Below the pieces are notes generated by a model. It was given only the letters and a program-made list of their open reading frames with translations, was not told the DNA's origin and made no database searches. A stretch of 64,000 nt of DNA, from positions 28,502,667 through 28,566,666 of the forward strand of contig NC_069000.1 in the NCBI RefSeq assembly GCF_001194135.2, written 5' to 3'. Position numbers and translations under genes: made by a program. The DNA is from Octopus bimaculoides (Eukaryota). Shown in pieces: positions 1 to 13,267 of the stretch; position 1 is the stretch's first letter, and every line of letters begins with the position of its first letter.

Positions 1-2578
1 ATATATATATATATATATATATAAAGTTAGATAGATAGATAGATGGTTGGTTGTGTATGTGCAATATATTATATATATTCCAAAATTCATATTTCCATAT
101 TCTATAGAACTAATCGCAACAACTACAACCTCACAAGCCAATGACCAAATGAAGTTGACTCTGTACATGAATGCTCAACATGCTATAAGTAACACCAACA
201 TTTCCTTTGAATCACATTCTTTGGATGATTTTTTTGTTGGTTTTACACTATGTCTGGAAAAGAAAAGCAAAACAATGATGCGATGGTCATGACTGGAACT
301 TCTATGATCATAAGTCTCCTCTGTCAGGGCTAACCTGGAGCTAAACAACAACATCAACCAGACAGCAAGAGAAATCTTCAGAAGAAAAACCTCTCATCAA
401 GCAAGTGTTACAACCCATTCTATTCATACACAATTCACTTTTGCATTTTGTATCTTTATTTCATTAATAACATATATTTAGCCTTATATACGCTATATGT
501 AAAATGTAATCATGCCAGTACCATATAAATACACCCAATATAAATACACCATGAAAAGCACCCAGCATGCTCTGTGAAGTAGTTGGTGTTAAGAAGGACA
601 TCCAGCTATAAAAACCATACCAAAACAGACAAATGGAGCAGGGACAGCTCTCCGGCTGGCCAGCTTTTGTTAAACCATCCACCCCCATGCCAGCATGGAA
701 AACGCACATTAAACAATGATGATGATCTAGTTCTAGATACATGATATTTGAATAAATGATGAGTTGGTCACATTTGGAGCATCTCTGAAAATTGGTTTAC
801 TCAATCAGTGTTAATCTACCATAATCACAACATATTAGATCTAAGCTGGTAAGTAAATCTCTATGTAGTCAAACAACCAGGTAGAAATAATAGCTAAATT
901 TCCTTCAATTCATATGCTTTCATTACTCAGAAATAAAAATATATAGGACAATGTAGTCCACAATGTGTTCTTGCTTTAATTCTCTCATATGTCTTAGCCA
1001 TTATGGCTAAAATATGATACAAAACGGAACACCTTTCATAAAAGTTTTGCTTAATGAGAGTCACTTAGGGACTAAACAACAACAACATATTTAACCAGAA
1101 GTAAATAATCTGATTATCAGAAAAAGAGGCAAATAAATGAATAAAAAAAATTAAATTAAAAGATAAAGACCTCCAAATACTTTGAAGCTGCTGAGAATGT
1201 TTGGTTGGGACTTATTAATAGAGTCTCCAAAGAATTTATTCCTTTGCCTCTTATGTGAAAAAAAAAAAAAAAAACCAACAGAAAAGAAAAAAAACCTTGA
1301 ATAGTAGTAGCCTTGATATTTGGAATTTCTTTCCTCAAACACAAGATGTTTTCATGGCAGTTCAAGTAGTCCCACCTGCTTATACTTAGCTCTATATTTA
1401 TGAGGTGGGGATGTGATGAGAATTTTGTAAATAACTGCAGCAGATGAACTGTGTCAGAAACATAGGTTATCAGCAACTAACCTCAGACCTCTCTCTCATG
1501 CAGTGTGTGTGTGTATATATATCTTCCCTCCCTCAACCCATCCACGCTGCTTTACTGCTGCTATCCACTTCCACTAAGATTTAATTTAGAAACCAACTCA
1601 AAATATTTCAAAACAGAAATCTAGTAGCAGCAGCAAAAATTAAATAAGAATAATAATAAAATAAAGTCGTCGTTGTCATCATCATCATTATCATTACTAG
1701 CATCACCATAATTACATTACAATTAAAGGTGCTTTAATTGTTTGTTTGACTTGCCTGAAATAGCAGCCAAATCTCCCTCAAATCACATTTATATGATACA
1801 TATAGATACATTGGCTAATGTGGACTAGCTCACAGGAAAAAGACAACATAGTTGTGCTTGGAATACTTTTCATTATGAGTGCTTGAGGAGGGCTGACCTG
1901 GGGCTAAACAACAATAACAATGACAGGTTTACTGAAACAGACTGGATAGGGGAGACAATGCAGTGTGCTTAGGCTATAACACTGCATCCCATAGAATTCT
2001 TAACTATGCAGAGTGCACAATATAGCCTTAGTGTAACAAAGACAGAGATGGACCTGTTGGTCATACCTCAATGAGTAGCTGGCTATCTGTGTGCCATATG
2101 TCTGCTGTTTCAAAGTGGATCTAGGGCTATACAACACTACATAGAATATTATACCAAAAGGGGAAGAAACCTAACAAAAACAACAAATAAATATGAATAA
2201 TTTTTCCAACTATTATCTTTATCATTTTTTATCAGCAGTTCCCTATTTGGGCTCAACAAGGGTTGTACAGGAGGTTAATCAGCTGCATTCTAAATTTTAA
2301 AAGGCTGTAGTGTGGTCAAATCATCCATCCCATGCCAGCATGGAAAATGGATGTTAAAGGATAAGGATGATGATGATGAAAAGGGCCCTTGGAAAAGTAA
2401 AAGTTGGGAAGCACTACTGTAGATTGTCAGACTACTTAGTTACATAAAGATGTAGTGATTTCAAATCTAACCAAAGTCAACTTTGCCTTCCATCCTTACA
2501 GGGTCAAATATTGCAGTTCATATAAATGACTGCCCCACCACCAAATTCCAGGCCTTGTTCTTATATCAGAAATTAATA

Positions 2579-3481
2579 CTGTGTTGAATCAAAAGTTTTG
2601 CAATATTTTGGTAACTTGTTTTATTCATCAAGTTACAACGAAAGCAGCTTGACATTCAAAGTAGAGGCCATCATGCTGCACTGTTTGAAGCCACCTTTCT
2701 GCCAGTTTTTTTTATCCTGTGCTGATAACATTTCTTTTCTTTCATAGCTAAGAACTCCTTCACTGAAGCTTCCACTTCTTGACTGATGAAATGTCACTTA
2801 TGCAGGAAATGAGCCATGGATTGGAACAAGTAATAATTGGAGGGAGATATTTTTCTGTAATCCTAACATGCATATGCAGTGGTCAAGCAAGGTCAGCTTC
2901 CAGAACGTGTCACTACGCAACAGCATTTTGAACACAAGGTGATGTACTGGTTCTGGTGGAATTTTATGAGGTGATAATTCACTAAGAGCTCATTCTAGAC
3001 TTCAACATTGATACCAACATGTAGTCCAAGCATCTGGAGCAGATGTATGACATTGTGTGGCAAAAGTACCAGGCATTGGTTAACAGAAAATGAGCTTTTC
3101 TCCAACAAGACAACATAGGACCTCACACCACTCAAATGATCTGGAATAAACTTCAGGAACTTGAGGGAATCAAACTGGTGCCACACCCAGCATATAAACT
3201 GGACCTAGTTCCCTTGAATTATTATTTGTTTTGTTCCCTGGTTCACTTCCTGTGCTCACAATGCTTCATCAACCAAGAAGAGGTGGAAACTTTAGTGAAG
3301 GAATTCTTTGCCTCAAAGATCAAGAACTGGTGTCAGCGTGGAATCAAAGAACTGGAACAAAGGTGGCTTCAGATGGTGCAACATGATGGCCTCTACTTTG
3401 AATGCCAGGCTGCTTTTGTTTAACTTGATGAATAAAGCAAATAAATTATCAAAATATTGCAAAACTTTTGACTCAACACAA
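2579..3481 (+). mobile_element. Rearranged mariner element with ~270-bp inverted arms (5' end replaced by an inverted copy of the 3' end)
   Basis: TA flanks at 2577-2578 and 3482-3483; ends CTGTGTTGAATCAAAAG / CTTTTGACTCAACACAA. Decayed transposase from ~2850 (KVMYWFWWN..QDNIGPH..HPAYKLDLVPLNYYLF). 2579-2845 is the reverse complement of ~3205-3481. Confidence 0.8.
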
Positions 3482-3869
3482 TACATTTAGATCAGTTTCA
3501 TTATTGATCATCTTATTTCTGGACTAGATTTGAACCAAGAACGTTAAATTTTCCAAATTGATGGTTAGTAATTTAGAAGAAATGTCTTACTGTTTTTAGA
3601 TTTGCCTCTAGAATTTTTCTTTCGGTTTCTGTTCTTTCTTTTGTTTGTTTTGGGCCTGCCTTTCCATCTTCCATTCTTATTTTTCCTGTGTGATTTTGGT
3701 TTATTTACATTTGGTGTTTGTTGAGAACCATGTTTTCTCTTTTTATCTTAGAAAAAAACAAAAGAAATGTTAAAGATATTGACTGAAAATATATCATCAA
3801 AATACTTTTCATTCTAGAAAAATGATTGTAAAATAACATGGCATGATACAACTGTGGGACAGTTCGTAC

Positions 3870-4860
3870 AAAAATAGACAACTTCAGCCATGTTATGCCA
3901 ACATAAGTTGAGTAGGTCTTCTCAAGGATAATGTATCACCAATCATTTCAGTTTTTGTTATATTTTACATGAAGTTCAACATCCTGAGGTCAGCCTTCAC
4001 CACCACATCACATGTTTTCTAGGGTCTACCTCTACTACAGTTTCCATTTACTGTAAGTCATTAGCACTTTTATAATCCATATAGGTCACCAATGCAGTCT
4101 TCTCTCTTGTAAATCCTACTACAGATTCGGCTATAAGAATGAGGTGATCTGCATATAGGAGTTCCTATGGGCATCTGTTCTTGAACTGCAGTACAAAAGT
4201 CTGGAGGACTATGGTTATAGAAAGGACTGACCAGTGAGCCCTGGTAGATTCCCAACTGCTCACAAAATTTGTCATTGTATTCATTGCTAATAACATACCT
4301 AGCTGTTAACAACCATGCACATGGATTGTATGGCTTTCATGAGCCATTTCTCTATTCCTAACTTCTTCAACGACCAACAGATCACTGAGCAAAAGACTCT
4401 GCCAAGGTCTTTTTTCAGGTCAATTAATGCAAGATACAGCAGGTATCTCTTAACCTTGTTTCTCAAAAAAGAGGGCATCAGTAGTACCCTGCTCTGGCAC
4501 AAACCCCAACTGAATCACATCTCAGTTAATTTTCTTCCTAATTAGTTGTGCTGTAACTCTTTCTGTTACTTTCATAATTTGGCCAAGTATTCTAGACATC
4601 TAGCTTTGCTCCCTTCTTTGTTTCAATCTCTCTGAGCTTGCCTCTTAGCTTTTATGGCTCTATCAAATATACCATTCAACCACCATTAACTTTTTACCGT
4701 CTACAGATTTCGTCTGTGGTCTGCATTAGGATGTCTTGTAGGAAGATCCAGTTGTCTTAGTCATACATCTCTATATCCTCCTTTGTCTCCTCAACATATA
4801 CTTCATCTAATAATTCTTTGAACCAATACCAGAAATAACTTTAACAAAATAATCTTCTCA
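3870..4860 (-). mobile_element. Degenerate RTE-clade LINE fragment (RT region)
   Basis: Translations LYLALIDLKKDLGRV...KLGIEKWLMKAIQSM and EQLGIYQGSLVSP; homologous to the RTE copy at 14079-15130. Confidence 0.75.
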
Positions 4861-5181
4861 TCATATAGTGATGTTCAATTCAAGAAACACCAGTAAAAGC
4901 CACAATAGTGATCAGACTCATCACGACTCATCACCACTCCCTACCTACAACAGCGAGTGAAAGGGGGAGGATGCCACAGCTCATAGCTTTTACTACCACA
5001 ACCCCTACCTCTTTAAGCTGTGATGTTATAATGCTAGTAACATGTTAACCATATTTTTCGTTTGCATGAAATGACAGTCAGATCCAACTTTCAATACCAA
5101 GGAATGTCCTGTCTTCCTTCAAATGTGTGATTTTGGAGCAAATTTTATCCAGAACTTTCCTGAGTTTGCAGTAATTAAATA

Positions 5182-6531
5182 CAGGGTGCGCCGTAAAGAA
5201 TTCCTGATGAATTTTAGTCATAACTTTTAGTAACACGGCACTAAAACATATAAGTTCTTTAAGATTTAATTAAATATGGTCATATATACAAAATATGGTA
5301 TTAAGATACATTTTATTCAATATGTCTGCCTTTAGCCTCCACAACTGCCTGAAGATGACCAAGAATAGGGTCGCAGAAACGCTGGACGACTTCTTCACAA
5401 CATATAGTGATGTTCAATTCAAGAAACACCAGTAAAAGCCACAACAATAGTGATCAGACTCATCACCACTACCTACCTGCAACAGTGAGTGAAAGGGGGA
5501 AGATGCCACAGCTCACAGCTTTTACTACCACAACCCCTACCTCTTTAAGCTGTGATGTTATAATGCTAGTAACATGTTAAATGATCCCATGACATGACTA
5601 AGGCTTTCTTCAAAGCACTGATATTTTTGTAGGAAACTCTTGAAACGTCACTTTCTAGAATGGACCAAAAAGCAAAGTCCATAGGGTTGATGTCTAGGCT
5701 GGAACGGGGTCACACATTCTTGTCCCAGAACCTGCTGAAATGGCTCCTGCACTACTGCTGTATCACATTGGACTTATGAGAAGGTGTGTCGTCTTGCATG
5801 AACACTTAATTATCTCCAAATGCTTCAGTCACCCATGGCAAAACATTCTCCTACAACATTTTCATGTAAATTGCTCAATTGACTTTTGACTCCTCTTTAA
5901 TGAATGCCAGAGGAGATTTTCCACCATCAGATGACACTGCTGCCCAAAGCATCACTCTGGCAGGTTTCATTTGGTGAAATGCTTTACAAGCACCTTGGGA
6001 ACAGCATCTGACCTTGTGACCAAAATCCTGTAATTCTGGGTGTTCACTATAGTCTCCACAGTGAATATCTTTTCATCTGATCAGATGAAGACATTGTCAC
6101 CGATGCTCTGCCATTTTCTTACACCTCTTCAATCACTTTGCTTTGGAAGTGACTGAAATCAAGTGTTGATGTTGCAATTTTAATGACTTATAATTTAAGT
6201 ACTCATGCACGACCTGGTGCATGGTTGTCTGAAAGATATTGAGAACCTATCTCACTGTAGCATTTCATGACATTATAGACTGTTTTGAGATTAATACCAA
6301 TCTTTGAAGTTACATCTTTGGTACTATGTCCTCCTTTTTTCAGAGCTACAATCTCACTGCCTGTTAACTGCCATATTGAAACATTTTACTCACCAAATGT
6401 GAACAAACAATGGAGTGTACATGAACAACTGAATATCGAAGAGTGCGTTTTAATTATTTTTGTGCAATTTCAAACTAAATTTAATAAAAAAAATTATTTA
6501 TATAATTGGAAATTCTTTACGGCGCACTCTG
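5182..6531 (-). mobile_element. Tc1/mariner DD37D (maT-type) transposon, decayed, both TIRs intact
   Basis: TIRs CAGGGTGCGCCGTAAAGAATT / AATTCTTTACGGCGCACTCTG with TA flanks. Relic SDEKIFTV...FMQDDTPSH...SSLDINPMDF has 37 residues between the last two catalytic Asp. Confidence 0.85.
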
Positions 6532-7599
6532 TATTTTCGTTTGAGTGATTCCAAGTAATTTGTGTTTTAAAAAAATAGCAACTTCACATGGCATTATGGA
6601 TATTTCCTCTTCAATTACCGCTAATGCAAAGACTTCATTTTTTTTTACAGCCCCACTTCTGCCCTTTCAGAAAAAGAACTGCAGAACTTTACATATCTTA
6701 TGAACTTATCATTTTTACATAGACTTTCTTTCAGCATTTATCCTGTTTTCAATGCATGCTATGTTTTTCTTTTTCTTGCTCTTTTTTGCACTTGTGTGGC
6801 ATGTATTTAGAAGTAAATTCTCTACTTTATTATTTTATTCTTTTCACTTTCATATAAATAACTGGGAGGAGACTACATAGTGGTCATTCAAAACATAGCC
6901 TCTAGATACTCAGTCAGACACCACAAGTGGACTACTACTGTTTCATGTGATTGGTCTATAAATCAATCAATCAGCATGAGGCTGTGACATGATATGGTTT
7001 TCTTGAATGTTTTAAAATTTACCTTCTGCTTTCCTATAAAAACTATTTGGCACATAGCTTAGAGGGCAGATGGCCAATGGACTGCTGATGCCAGACTGCC
7101 TCTGAGATTTGTACATGCATTTTTGGACTGACTGCATGTTGTCACACAGATAGCTTTCTATTATTTCAGAACAGCTCTTCTCTCTCTCTCAGTCAGCAAT
7201 TATTAATATTGTTCATTGTAAATAGCCAACATCATATATCTTTGTGTCCAGTATTAAATATTTCAGTTAAATTTTTATGAACTTGCTTCAGTTATTCATG
7301 CAGCCAATGAAATATATTTTCATTGACCAGCTCAACATGAGCCACAGGCAATCTATCCAGTGATAGATCATCAAACATTTGACATGCTTTTATTAACAGC
7401 TGAATGTATTTCCTGTTACAAACAACTTTAGTTCATTTTATCTTACCACCCACACTATAGAGGTTGTCTAACAGAACATTCCTTCTCCACTGAATCAGTT
7501 ACTAATTAGAGTAACTGCTCTTATAGACATGTCGCCTCCACTGAGATTTCTGGAGCTTGCGTTTCTTCATGTTGCTATTACACATACACACACACATAC

Positions 7600-7758
7600 C
7601 TTTTATTGTAATCTGTGTATTGTTCTTGTCTTTCGTGTTCTCCATAGGTTTTACCTCCAATTGAATCACAGCATACAGGGCACCAAGAATGTTGTGCACC
7701 ATACACTGGTACAATCCAGATGATGAGAGGTCAGCAGACTTTATAACAATAGATGTAT
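7600..7758 (-). CDS. CDON/BOC: CDON/BOC/Ihog-family exon, second half of Ig4 plus linker (DTSIVIKSADLSSSGLYQCMVHNILGALYAVIQLEVKPMENTKDKNNTQITIK)
   Basis: Acceptor tctctatttcag, donor gtatgt; 159 nt, phase 1-1; GLYQCMxxNxxGxxxAVIQL resembles BOC Ig4 GVYQCMAENEVGSAHAVVQL. Confidence 0.85.
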
Positions 7759-9130
7759 CTGAAATAGAGAAATAAATGACACGTTGAAACTGTGCTCTCC
7801 TTTCACTAGAACTAAATAAATGGACACTGTTGTTTTGAGTAACGATATTTAAGAGAATGCTTTGTCCTTGCTTGAAGAAATACACAGTGTGTATGGTATA
7901 TACTGAAATTTTAACCAGGTGGGTTATAAATTCACCTCTGATTTAACTCCAAGACAATCTTGAACAAAGACACTTCAGCTATGATTATCTTATTTTTCTG
8001 CTCTAATATATCTAGGACTGCAATGTCTGATGTGATTCTTCCCTATTTTAAAGACAGATGTTATTTGAAGGTAATTCAACAGGTGAAGCAACTGCATTGA
8101 GGCTCTCAACATGTAAAGGTACCCCAGTATGGTCACACACAATTGATTGAAATTAATAAAATTACTAAAACAGATATTTTCCTATGTCATTGGCAAGACA
8201 AGACAATTAGATTGTATTTACACATCACCTTGTTTCAACATAACTTATTAGTCGTATATATATCATGCTTTTCTTGGAAAGTTACTTGTGATATCTGGAA
8301 GAAAAAAATCTATGTCTTTTTCTCCCTACTTCCCATTCATCTTGCTATAATAAAAACCAGAGTTAAACACAAACCTCATGGAGTGAATGGATTAACTGTT
8401 GTTTTGTGTAGTATCATGCCAGTTCTGACTGAATAGACTTAAGATACACTGAAAATCAGTTGAAATGACTAGGTATGAATCACAGTGTCCTGTACCCTCT
8501 CCACTGTGCAGTCTATAGACTGTAGTTGTGATAATGGAGTTGAGCAAAGTAAATTGTCGAGTTGTGTAGTTATAGGTCAACCTAACAACAACATTTCACA
8601 TTACCCAGTTTCATAGTCAACAATATAACAATAAGAGAGTGTGTTTGTGCAGTGTATTGGTGTATGTGTGATCAGGAGGCATTGATCCATGTGTGTGCAA
8701 AAGAGACAGGGTATATTGATGCAGTGTATGTATGTTTAAGTGTTGTAGTGATGCTCCAGGTCGGGCTTGATTGAACAAACCTGCTATATTTCGCAAGTCA
8801 GCTTATTACAGATAGTTGGCTGAACAACTAATGATATACCTCCATCTGGTTACAGACCATACTATACATTCTGACATGTAGTGGTTCACTGTATAGGGTG
8901 CAGAGTGGAAGTCTAGATGCATGGCATATATTAAATACTTTTGCTTAAGATTAGTTAGTTCACATCTCATAAACAGTAGGAATGTGTTTTTTTTTACCTT
9001 GTTTGACACAGATCATTATTAGTTTCCTTAGATTCTAATGTTTCACATTGCAAATAGGAGTTTTGCAAATCAAAGGCTTACATTAAATGAATAAATAAAT
9101 AAATAAGAAGGGGCTAGGAATAGAACTTAC

Positions 9131-9280
9131 CTCGGATTCTGATGTTTTTACTTTTAACTATCTGTTGACCATTATGATACCATTTGATAGAAAAGTTGGA
9201 CTTTTTGTTAATGATGCAGCTGAGGATTGCTTTACTGCTTTCTTCAACGACAACATAACCTGTGTCAATTTTAGGACGTT
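9131..9280 (-). CDS. CDON/BOC: CDON/BOC/Ihog-family exon, first half of Ig4 (ERPKIDTGYVVVEESSKAILSCIINKKSNFSIKWYHNGQQIVKSKNIRIR)
   Basis: Acceptor ttctttttgtgtag, donor gtaagt; 150 nt, phase 1-1; Cys and W.HNG motif (compare CDON Ig4 WFHNA). Confidence 0.85.
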
Positions 9281-11773
9281 CTACACAAAAAGAACAAATA
9301 GAGATAATATAAAGAAAGATGTTATTTGAAGGTATAAGTGTGTAAGTGAAATAGATGGTATATTTCTTTACTGCATATGCATACATGCATGTATGATCAG
9401 AGCATGTGCATGCAAATGTGAGAGGGGGGGGATACAAAGAATCAGAGTGTATTTATGCAATGTATGTGTGTATGCGTGTTGCTGTTTAGCCCAAGGTCAG
9501 TGATTATGGCCTGTGTCAAGTTATGTTTATAGGCACAGTTTATACTTGACTACCTTATCTAAAATATCCTTCCAATGTGATCTGGAAGAGGCTTTGTTGT
9601 TTTTAGCAGACCAATCAACCATGTACTCCCTTATTGACTTGTGTACATGTATTTGTGTAACTGTGTAGGAGTGAATATATGCAATAATAAATCCAGACAA
9701 TCATTCAAACATCATCATTTAAGCAGTGATTTTAGTTAAACCATTTTTTTTTTGTTTTGTTTTGTCTGGTCTGAGTTCCTACAATTGAGTGAACTTCCCT
9801 AAAGGTAACCAAGAAACAGGTGATGGTGTTAAACAGGGCAGTGTGACAGGCCTGCTTCTGTTAGACCTTTAAATATATAACAGTTTATAAAACTCATTTA
9901 AAATGTTTCTTTTTTTGAATAATTTACATACTTTTTTCTTAAATATTATTTTATATTATTTTATTATTTTATACAAAATATGACACTGTCATATATGTCT
10001 TCTACCATGTGCCCTTTGGATAAAAATTTTTGCTTATCTGTTTTATGTGTGTTTCTTTTTAAAAAAAAACTTCCATTCTCGAGTCAGCCATAATCTTTCC
10101 TATTTTGTGCTTGAATGAACACTGGGTTTTTGTAAGTTAACCGGAAATGCAGAGTTAATGAAATCTATATTAATAATATAGTTGCTTAAAATTTAATAGT
10201 TTCATGTGTGTGTGTAACATACACACATGCATGGGCTAAAGGGAGAAGAGGAAGCAAACAAAAATTCCTAAAAAAACAAAATTTTTTGTTAATTTAATTA
10301 AATATCAATCATGCCACAAAAATATTTTTCGTGGCATGGTGAACAACTCCACCACAACCTAAAAAGGCAAGAATAATAAATAAATGAATAAATGTATAAA
10401 TAAAAGGAAATAACTAAATAAAATAGAATAAAATAAAATGAGAGCAAGAAGAGAAAATGGGGGGGGNNNNNNNNNNNNNNNNNNNNNNNNNNNNNNNNNN
10501 NNNNNNNNNNNNNNNNNNNNNNNNNNNNNNNNNNNNNNNNNNNNNNNNNNNNNNNNNNNNNNNNNNNNNNNNNNNNNNNNNNNNNNNNNNNNNNNNNNNN
10601 NNNNNNNNNNNNNNNNNNNNNNNNNNNNNNNNNNNNNNNNNNNNNNNNNNNNNNNNNNNNNNNNNNNNNNNNNNNNNNNNNNNNNNNNNNNNNNNNNNNN
10701 NNNNNNNNNNNNNNNNNNNNNNNNNNNNNNNNNNNNNNNNNNNNNNNNNNNNNNNNNNNNNNNNNNNNNNNNNNNNNNNNNNNNNNNNNNNNNNNNNNNN
10801 NNNNNAGCTTGTGAGTTGAAATTGCACAGAAGACCATTGTATAAATGACTCTATGTGTGTGTGCGCGAGTGTGCATGTGGACAGTACATATTTCATCCAT
10901 GTGTATTGGAGAAACAAACGCTATCAAGAAAACTAAAATGCTAAAATGGTGCTTATGAACAAAAAATACCATTAAGGCATTTGTTCTGTCAAAATTTTAC
11001 AAACACTCCCTTGCCACTCATCTATAATAATGAATGCCAAAACAAATTTCTGTGTCAGTGTGTCACACTTCGACCCCCCCCCCCTCTCACTAGTCAATGA
11101 CACTTCTACTCCTTTTCTTGGTGTGAGAGTAACAGTAGGCATAGAAACTGTGAGGACAGTAGTAGATTGACAGTTGAGATGGTAATGGGGTGGTAGTAAT
11201 AGTATGAGCTGCAGTTGTGATAGGGGCAGAGGCAATGGTGATGATGGTGGGAGTTGAAACGGTCAAGCATGATGGTGACAGTAATGGATGTGAAAGACAG
11301 TGATGATGGTGGTGGAGAGGAAGGCAGTGAAGTCAAAGGTGTTGATGTCAGTGGTGTCAGAAGTCTGAAAGATGTGTGTATGACAGTTGTGGTGGCAATG
11401 GTAATGGTTGAAAACAATGGACAGAAAGAGAGAGAGAGAGAAAGAGGTTAGACAGAAAAAATATTGTACTAACCCCTGAATGGGAAGACAAAAAAATGTT
11501 TATCATTCAGATTTGCAATAAGTTCCAAGTCGACAGATTATATCATCATTTTGATGAAAATTGTTCATTGCTTGAAAAATATTGGTCAAGTTTAATAAAA
11601 TTTAATATGTACTCAATGCACGAAGTGCCATTATTATGCTCTCTACAGGAGCTAATGCGATTATAAATACAGTGAACCAATAAGTGATCAACTGATGACA
11701 TTTTTCACAAAAAATGTGATGTAAAATAAAATTAAAAAATAAACTATTATTATTATTGTTTTTGTTTTATTAC

Positions 11774-11953
11774 CTGAAAGCTTAGCTTCTCTTTTATCAT
11801 GTGATAATTGGCCCCCATATTTTCTCCAGGTTATTTTTGGTAAGGGCTTTGCATAAGCAGCACATTCCAATACAATAGCATCTCCTTCAGGAACATTGAG
11901 GATGGTTGGTTTCTTGGAACCAAATATAAATGGTGGTTGGTTCTGGGCAGATT
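11774..11953 (-). CDS. CDON/BOC: CDON/BOC/Ihog-family exon, first half of Ig3 (ESAQNQPPFIFGSKKPTILNVPEGDAIVLECAAYAKPLPKITWRKYGGQLSHDKREAKLS)
   Basis: Acceptor tttttcccctctcag, donor gtaata; 180 nt, phase 1-1; Ig I-set motif V.EG..IVLEC.A...P.P.ITW.K. Confidence 0.85.
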
Positions 11954-12586
11954 CTGAGAGGGGAAAAAGATGATGAGAAGGAGAGATAAATACATATACA
12001 GAGAGAGAGAGAGAGAGAGAGAGATTTTTAATGAAATAAAATACAAGTGATTTGTGTATCAGGGTTATTGGAAGTATTCCTGTTGTTTAGCCCCAGGACA
12101 GTGCTCTGCTTGTGAAGACCCATGATCAAAGACATTTTAGCTGTGGACATTCTATCTATTGTCTACAGATATTGGGTAAAATATTCAATATCTGTAGACA
12201 ACAGGATGCTTTTAAGGGAAATATGGAAGCTATTCTATAAGGATGAGCAACCCTGTAAAGACCAGTTCATATTTTAGAAACAGTTGAATTTAATCACTGT
12301 TTAAATTTAAACAACGTTGTTTGATTAAATATGTACGGCAATTTTTTTTTTAATTGGTTTCCTGTAAAACTTATAAAATTTTCTGATAATTGATTAAAAA
12401 AAAAATAAATGACTGAAAAGATTTTGTTGAAAACTGCCCAACATTTTTAGGTGGCTCATCACATTACTATACACAACATTTACAATGTTTGTGTTTATGG
12501 TATGTACTGTTAAACAGCAGTAAAGTGTGTGTGTGTGTGTGATGTGAATGTGTATCTGCATGCACATACATATATAAGCACATTAA

Positions 12587-12842
12587 CCCTTTAGCATTTA
12601 AACCAGCCATATCAGGTCCTTATGTTCTACATGTTTTATATTCAAATGAGCCATATTCAGCCTCTCCTACCTTCCATACAATGTCATTCTAAAAATATAC
12701 AATCACATTGAAATGCTGAAGCTACAAGATAAAAACATACAATCACATGAAATGTTAAAGTTACAAGATAAAGCATGATTACTTCAAACCAATTTGAATA
12801 AATAAGTATTATGTCTGACAAAGTAATCTGAATGCTAAAGGG
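12587..12842. mobile_element. piggyBac-like MITE
   Basis: TTAA at 12583-12586 and 12843-12846; TIR CCCTTTAGCATT / AATGCTAAAGGG; lies ~20 bp from the donor site at 12866. Confidence 0.8.
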
Positions 12843-12866
12843 TTAAGTAACAAATCTTAAACTTAC

Positions 12867-13016
12867 CAAGTGAGATGACGTTCAATGTTACTGCTTGGCT
12901 TGATGTTGAAGTTTCGTTAGTAAGAGGGTTTGTAGCAACACACTTATAGATGCCAGCATCTACAACTTGGACATTGCTGATTAATAAATTGTTGGATGGT
13001 GTAACTATAGGATAAC
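12867..13016 (-). CDS. CDON/BOC: CDON/BOC/Ihog-family exon, second half of Ig2 (SYPIVTPSNNLLISNVQVVDAGIYKCVATNPLTNETSTSSQAVTLNVISL)
   Basis: Acceptor ctttttgtcattcag, donor gtaagt; 150 nt, phase 1-1. DxGxYxC motif; YKCxAxNP(L/V)T matches the CDON/BOC Ig2 motif YKCAAYNPVT. Confidence 0.85.
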
Positions 13017-13267
13017 CTGAATGACAAAAAGAAAGAAATAATAGCAAGGTAAATCAAAGTATATTTATATTGATGTCTCTTATTGGATGGTTAAACTGTA
13101 ACCCTTTTATACAGGACTTTTTATGCGGGACTATTTGTGGCGCACATGGAATAGATTCTTGGGGTGAAGTGTTTGAACTTATTAGCCGATAAATTTTGTG
13201 AATGCCTTGCTCGTGTGTTTTTGATGTCGCATGGTCAAATTCCCATGAGTATATAGACACTTTCAAA

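Noticed and set aside
5349-5385. CTGAAGA-tGACC..GGTCgca-GAAAC hammerhead-like string
   Set aside because: No stem I or UH site; it lies in the antisense of the maT transposase.
10806-10850. catag|ESFIQWSSVQFQLTS as the start of the missing Ig3 exon
   Set aside because: Weak acceptor with no polypyrimidine tract and a poor fit to an Ig E-strand; cannot be tested across the gap.
10298-10972. Long ORFs spanning N runs (also 38985-39582, 45516-46682, 57031-57526, 61524-62169)
   Set aside because: Their length comes from assembly gaps; the flanks show no coding signal.
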